Shown here in pieces: positions 51,773 to 64,000 of a stretch of 64,000 nt of DNA. Origin of the DNA: Neocallimastix sp. 'constans' (lineage: Eukaryota); the NCBI GenBank assembly GCA_050613775.1, contig JBODTK010000113.1, forward strand, positions 62,001 to 126,000, read 5' to 3'. The notes below the pieces were generated by a model that was not told the DNA's origin, ran no database searches, and saw nothing but the letters and a program-made list of their open reading frames with translations. Every line of letters starts with the position of its first letter. The first letter of the stretch is position 1. Made by a program: the position numbers and the translations under genes.

Positions 51773-51806
51773 GGTTAAGCTCAGTTGTAGACTGAGACTC
51801 TTAATC
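51773..51806 (-). promoter_or_regulatory. Copia PBS complementary to the 5' half (D arm to anticodon arm) of tRNA-Lys(CUU)
   Basis: Plus strand AGCTCAGTTGTAGACTGAGACTCTTAATC parallels eukaryotic tRNA-Lys(CUU) AGCTCAGTCGGTAGAGCATGAGACTCTTAATC (recalled, not searched) and abuts the LTR. Confidence 0.8.
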
Positions 51807-52274
51807 TATTAAACACCAAAAAACAAATATTGAGAAAATTAGATATATTTTTAGAATAGCATTTTATATATAATACTTAATATTTAATTTTATTTATCTT
51901 TATTTTTTATGATTACAAAAGTGTATATATTTTTAACAAGGTTACATTTTATTTCTTTTATAATTTTATTTAAATATAATAATATTCTGATTGGGTAAAA
52001 TATATTAAAGTCATTATTAAGTATTTATTTTTTTTTTTTTATATTCTAACAATAATTAAAATAGATAAATTATATTATTGATGATTCTATTATTATGATA
52101 ATAAATTAATTCATCATTAATATGTTTAATAAAAATATTGTAATGTTTAAAAAAAAATGATTTAAATAATTATTTTTAACAATTATATAAAATTATAAGA
52201 ATTTAATAATAAATATTTTTATATTTAAAAATAAAATAATAAAAATAAATAAAGAATAAAATATTATTATAAAC

Positions 52275-52389
<115 letters not shown>

Positions 52390-52500
52390 AATTATTTTCT
52401 TATAATTTATTAGAATATATTATTGTGTCATAATTCCTTAAAGAAACGACCAAATAAATAAATAACTGGATATGGAATATTTTAAATGTACCGTACTTTT

Positions 52501-53010
52501 TGTAATACGTTACTCATAGAAAATTAAGATATAGGCATAAATATTGAATATAAAATAATATCAATTTCTGATTTAATAATTAAGTATATTAAATAAACTA
52601 TAAGCTGTAAAACAATATAATTAAATAATAATTAATTACCAATAGGAATTGAGATAAAAGTGAGCAATGTTTGGAATTCTTAGAGAAAAAGAATTACTCA
52701 ATAGTTAAAATAAGAGATTTAGACTTTATATTTTAGATTAGAGAATAGAATCGAGAGAAAATTTTTATAATAAATAATAATTTTAAAAAATAGATTTTAA
52801 TAATAAAATATATAAAATTATTAATTTGAGATATAAAATAGATAAAATAATAAAACAATAAAACAATAAAACAATATTATTATTATCTTTGTTTAAATTA
52901 ATTATATATTTGAGTGTTATTTAATTCTCATTATTAGAATATATTATTTTATATAAGAAAACTTGTTTATTCCGACTCTATAGTGACCTTTTTTGTAAAG
53001 TTACATATCA
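52501..53010 (+). mobile_element. Possible solo LTR (copy D, diverged)
   Basis: TG...TATCA ends; the start and an ATTAGAATATATTATTTT block resemble copies A-C. No exact TSD. Confidence 0.4.
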
Positions 53011-53999
53011 TTTGATAAATAATAAAATTATAAAATCAAAATCATTAATAAATAGCAAATTCTTATTTAACTTCATCCAAAATTTAATTCTTTTTAAAAC
53101 AGAAATACATTCTAAAAATTTAATTAAATAAAAAATAAACTAAAATAAAAATAATAAGCATTTAAAAAAAATGCAAAAAAAAAAAAATAATAATAATGAA
53201 AAAAAATATATATATATAATAATAAAATAATAATAATAAATTATAAAATAAATTATAATAATTATAATAAATATTAAATATTAAAATAATCATAATTTGA
53301 AAATGTAATGAAATTATTTAAATTTATTTATAATAAAATAATTATAATAATGAAATTATTTTAAAATAAAATAGTTATAATAAAACTATTTTAAAATAAA
53401 ATAGTTATAATAAAATTATTTATAATAAAAATTTGCCATAAATTATTATTAATAAAATTAATACAGAAATATTTAAATTCGGTAAAAATTTAGAATTAGT
53501 ATTATTTTTATTATTTTCTCTAAAATAAATTATTACTTTCTGTATTTTTTTTTTAAATAATAAGAAACATAATGAAAATGTGATATTAATAACTTATTAG
53601 AAAACTAAATTATTTATTAATTGATAAATTAAAAATATTATTGGAATAGATAGTTAAAAGTAAAATTCTTAAAATACAATTTATTTTTTGATTTTAATTT
53701 CATATTGAAAAATCAGAATAGTTGTAATAGAAATTCCCTTCATTAGAATTTTATTTTTTTATTTTTTTTTCTCTTTTTAATATATAATTTATTTGATATT
53801 TGTTCTATAACAAAATTTAAAATGAGCTGGAATCTAGCAAAAATTTTAATGCTAATTTTTGTAAATTATTATTATTATTATTAAAATTAATTAAATATTT
53901 TGTTGGAATATAGGTATTGTATATGTGATAGCTAGATAAAATTAAATCAAAAGTTGGAAAAGTATAATTAATAACTTTATTAATAACTTTTTCATTTTT

Positions 54000-54720
54000 T
54001 AGAAAATGGGACTCCAGATGAAGTCCAATTCCTAATTTTTTGAATTGTTGTTATTATTATTATATTTTTCATTATTGTAATTATTATTATAATTATAATG
54101 ATTGTTACTGTTATTAATATATTCATTGCTATTATAATTATTATTATAATAATTATGATTATTGTTATTTTTATTATTATAACTGGTTGATTTCTTTTTA
54201 AATTGAGAACTAGAGTGTTTCTTCTTTTAGTTATTTGTATTAGACATTTTTATTTGTTTTTAGTATTTAAAGAATCTTCATAAAGAATACATTTTGAATA
54301 AATTAGACTAAGTTTGGAAGAGAATATATCCATTTTTACTCTTTCTTCTTTAAATTTTGGATGAAATCTTCTATAGAAGAATAAAACTAAAGCTTCTTCA
54401 TTCTAAGCGAAATAAAAAATGAGATTTTTATACCTTTCTTCATAATCATTGATTTCTCCATAATTAAGATTAATTTCGGCAAGTTGGATTTTGGTAGGTT
54501 TTGTATTAATAAGTCCGTTAAAGGCTTTTTTAATTTTTTTAATTATTTTAAAATAGTAGGTGGTTTATCTTCTTTATTTCTTACTAGATACCAATTCCTT
54601 GAATCATCTCTTAAACGAGTTGTCACAAATTAAGTTCTTCTGAATCCGAACATTTAAATTTAAATAATATAATACTTTTCAAAGTATTGTTTTGGTCATT
54701 AATAAATACTGTTAAAGCAG
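54000..54720 (-). pseudogene. Degenerate retrotransposon gag-like remnant
   Basis: Broken minus-strand reading ...TTRLRDDSRNWYLVRNKEDKPPT...KPTKIQLAEINLNYGEINDYEERYKNL...EEALVLFFYRRFHPKFKEE, with stops and frameshifts; Ty3-capsid-like pattern. Confidence 0.5.
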
Positions 54721-55317
54721 AATTTATTTATTATTATATGAATATATTTTTAATCATTATATATCAATTATTTAATAGATTATTTATATAAATATATATT
54801 TATTATTTTTATCACTTCAAAAATTTCAAATTAACAAATTTGAATAAGAATCTATAAAATATATTTATTTTAGAATTTTTATTTTTATTAACTTATATGA
54901 TATATTAAACAGATTAAAAATATAATATTTTAGAATACTTTTTATATATTTCTTTCTTTCTTTCTTTCTTTCCAATTTTATATACTCTTAAACATTTTAT
55001 CTTTGGTTTTAGGACTCATGTCTTACAAACATATAATTAAAATTATATATATATATTTTTTTTCAAAAAAATTAAAGGGTTACGCTAAATCATAATTTTT
55101 TTTTTTTTTTAAATATATAATTAAGAATGCAATTAATAATAAAAATATTTAAATTGCAAATTATATCAATATTTAAATAAAATTTAAAAAATATATCAAT
55201 ATTTATATTTAATTCATTGAATAAATAACTATATGTTTTTTTTATTTTTCATTTAAAATTAAATTATTATAACTGTAAATATATGCATATTTAAATGGAA
55301 CTAGAAATTTTTAAATT

Positions 55318-55351
<34 letters not shown>

Positions 55352-55802
55352 AATAAATAAATAAATAAATAAATAAAAATAAAATAATAAAATAATTCTT
55401 TTAATTTTTTATTATATTTTATTAATTTTAATAATTTTTATTAATTGTAATATTAAATATAATACGAAATTAATAATAAGTATATAAATAGTAATAATAA
55501 TAGTTAAAGACGGTGTAAATTATAAATTATAAAAAAAAAAAGAATATTAACAATACAACTGCTAAGTAAATTTATAATAAATAAATAAAAAAAAAAAGTT
55601 GTGACAAGAACTAATAAATAAAAATAAAAAAATTTTTTTAATATATTATTTAATAATATAGAATATAATCGTTATAATCGCTATACCCGTCTTATTAAAC
55701 TTTTTTAATAAAAAAAATGAAAAATGAAAAAAAAAAAATTTTTTTTTTTATTAACAATTGATTAATTGATTAAATATTTTAATATCAAATTCAAATTAAA
55801 AA

Positions 55803-55842
<40 letters not shown>

Positions 55843-56013
55843 ATATATATATATTTATATATATATATACATATTATACATATCCATATTTTATTTATTA
55901 ATTTAATAACTAATTTTATAATAATTTATTTACATATTTATATATTAATTCTTTAAACTTTTTTTAATGTTATTGTTATTTTTAAATATAATATAAAATT
56001 ATTATATTATAAA

Positions 56014-61255
<5,242 letters not shown>

Positions 61256-61663
61256 TCAAAAAAAAAAAAAAAAAAAAAAAAATTAAAGAATATATATATA
61301 TACATATTTTTATTTAATATATATTAAATATTTTTAAATAAAATAATAAAATAATTATTATTATTATTATTATAATCATTTATGTACTATTTTTTTTTTT
61401 TAGTTAAATATATATATATATGAAAATAATAAAAATAATTGATTGTACAAAAAAATAGTATTAAATTTTTTAATTTATATAAAAGTTATCTTTATATATT
61501 TAATTTATTCTCTATATTTTTATTTAAATTATAATTTATCTTAATTTATTAAAAAATTAAAATATTTATATTTGCTTGTTAAATTTGATTGTATTATAAA
61601 AGAAATTAAAAAATTAAAAAATTAAAAAATTATAAAGAAGAAAAACTTGATAATTGAATTTTT

Positions 61664-61694
<31 letters not shown>

Positions 61695-62287
61695 TTTTAC
61701 TGATTATTTATTTATTTATTTATATAGAAGTAAGTATAAATAATATTGATATTAATAAAAAATTAAATTGATGATTATATTGCAGTATTTATAGTGTAAA
61801 AAATTATTGTAAATTGCATTAATATGTGAAACAACGTTAACTAAAAAAAAAAAAAAAAATAAAAATAACAATAAAAAAATGAAAAATAATAATATTTAAT
61901 ATTAAAATATTTGTTACATTAAAATTTAGAAGCAATTTAATATATTTATATATGAAATAAAATAAAATAAAAGCAAAAAAAAAAAAAAAAGTAATAATAA
62001 TTATAATAATTTTTAAAAAAAAAAATGATAAATAAATTTAATGAATTAAAAAATGCAACTGAAATTTAAGATAAAATATTATATGATAAATAAAAAATAT
62101 TATTATTATTACTATTTTTGTTGATGAATTGTTGAAAAATATTTATACATTAAAGTTAATTATTGTATTGAATTCTATTTTTTACTTTTTTTTTTTTTAT
62201 GTAATTTTATAGTAATATATAATAATATTAACATTAATTTTATCATTACTTTATCAGTTATTATTTGAAAAAAAATTTTTTATTTAT

Positions 62288-62930
62288 TTAATGGAAATCT
62301 TTGGATTCGTAATTTATTGGAACATATTTCTTTTGTTCTACATCTTTTAGATATTCATCATGATCACCAACTACTTCACTTGATAATTTTAAATCATTAT
62401 GTTTGTATCCTTCTGTAATTCCAAGTCTTTCCCATGTATTTACCTGATGGTTATTGAATATATGTTTTTTTTTTTAAATTATTGTATTAATTATAATAAA
62501 ATTAATTATTTTTTTTTTTTTAATTTATATATTTATTATAGTATTATAATTACTATTACTATTAGTACTATTAATATTATTAATATAATTTTTTTATCAT
62601 CATTATTATATTGATATCACTATTAATTATATATGATTTTATTAAAAATATTATATATTTACCAAATGTAAATTTCCATACATAAAACGACGATTTCCAC
62701 TTCCATTACTATTATTAATGACATCAGGATTTAATTGACCTTTAATGTAACGTTGAAGTGGTTCATTGTCTTTAGTCCAACTTTCATTTGCAACACTCTT
62801 AATATAATCTTCATAGTATTTTCTATCTAAATCTTGTTTTTCTTTAATTAATTGTCTCCAGGAATTTCTTTCTTCTTTATCTTTTTTCCTTCTTTCTGAT
62901 TGTTCTTCCTATTATGATAGAAAAGAAAAA

Positions 62931-62969
<39 letters not shown>

Positions 62970-63355
62970 TAAAATATCAATTTAATAAAAAAAAATAAAA
63001 TAAAATAAAATAAAAAATAATAATATTATCATACAATAAATAAATGTATAAATAAATCAATATATAAATCATTATTAATAATAAAATGATTATAATTTAA
63101 ATTTTAAATTAAATTATTAAATTATTTAATTTAGACCTTTAATATTTTATTTAATTCTCCTAGCTTCTCAATTTCTAATTTTTTCTTATCTTGAACATAT
63201 TGATCCATTTTCCTTGTACATTCGTCATATTCTTTTAGTAATTTGCTTAATTCTAAACTTTGCTTCTTTTTAAGTTCCTTCTTATTCTTCTTTTCTTCTC
63301 TCTATTTTATTGAATATATATATATATATATATATAATTTATAATAATAATAATA

Positions 63356-63387
<32 letters not shown>

Positions 63388-63982
63388 TTAATAAATTAAT
63401 TAGTAATAATTTCATTTTTATCTTATATTTAAATACTATATATATATTTTTTAAAATAAATAAATAAATAGCACTTAAATAAATAAATAAATAAATAAAT
63501 ATTAGCTATATTAAAAAGATAATACTTTTTTTTACCTTATCAAGATAAGCTTGATATAATTCTTTTTTAAATTGAGCGTCTTTTTTGGCTCTTTCTTCTT
63601 CAATCTTTGCTTGATTATCAACAACATTAAGCCATTTAGCTTGAAAATCTTCTATTTTTTTCTTCTTCTTTTCATTATCATTTTCAATTAATTCAAATAT
63701 TTTTTCTTTATTTACATTATTTTTATTTCTTAATTCTACTTCTCGTTGTTGACGTAATTCATTTTGTTTTTCTTTTTTCTCAAGAAATACTTCTACTTCC
63801 TTTTTAATTTGTTCATCAATTAATATCTCTTTCTCCTTCTTAATTTTATTATCAATCTCTTTTTCTTTAATATTCTTAAAAAGTTCTTTTAATTTTTCTT
63901 TTTCTTTTGCTTTTTCTACTTTTTCTTCTTCTTTATCCTCCAAATCTTTTTGAACAGCTCTTTCATGTTCTTTTAAGGATTC
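62288..63982 (-). CDS. 3' part of a long Glu/Lys coiled-coil protein, possibly trichohyalin-plectin-homology/CFAP family; exons 63982-63536, 63301-63137, 62908-62663, 62443-62288; continues beyond the window
   Basis: Phase-compatible GT-AG exons; charged heptad helix; C-terminal TWERLGIT is reminiscent of the RLGF tail of CCDC173/CFAP210 (weak). Confidence 0.65.
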
Positions 63983-64000
63983 CTTTTTTTTTTATTTTTT

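Larger units (their letters stand above)
39855..52051 (-). mobile_element. Defective gag-less Ty1/Copia element; LTRs 51807-52051 (5') and 39855-40097 (3'); 5-bp TSD ATAAT; interrupted by a chromovirus
   Basis: LTRs differ only in a T-run. PPT AGGAGGAA abuts the 3' LTR. Domain order is PR-IN-RT-RH. Inserted in LTR-like copy C (about 39711-39854 + 52052-52496). Confidence 0.92.

Noticed and set aside
15720..52051. Gag-only element and gag-less Copia as two halves of one bipartite element
   Set aside because: The Gag is Gypsy-type, and LTRs, PBS, TSD length and termini all differ; no shared cis-signals.

Overview
Extremely AT-rich, intron-rich eukaryotic DNA. It is most consistent with an anaerobic gut fungus (Neocallimastigomycota); this is inferred from base composition, gene content and intron style. 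Host genes: a 7-exon VTI1-like v-SNARE (103-1789); an ~2,680-aa ankyrin...C2/PH Bud4/anillin-like gene with three micro-exons (4063-14142); an LRR single-pass receptor-like gene (23129-26140); tRNA-Thr(UGU); a CTC1-like telomere gene (56014-61255); and the 3' part of a coiled-coil gene on the minus strand. The middle of the window is an LTR-retrotransposon cluster. It holds a gag-only element (15720-19121) and an intact Ty3/Gypsy with a -1 frameshift pseudoknot (29073-35984). It also holds a three-level nest: an old LTR contains a gag-less Copia (39855-52051), which contains an intact chromovirus (44311-51094). Standout signals: a perfect 75-bp intronic inverted repeat bracketing two micro-exons; three different reverse-transcription priming modes (tRNA-Ala 3' end, half-tRNA-Lys, Tf1-like self-priming); TG...TA LTR termini in two superfamilies; and recently mobile gag-only and gag-less elements. 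All calls were made by eye, without database searches.
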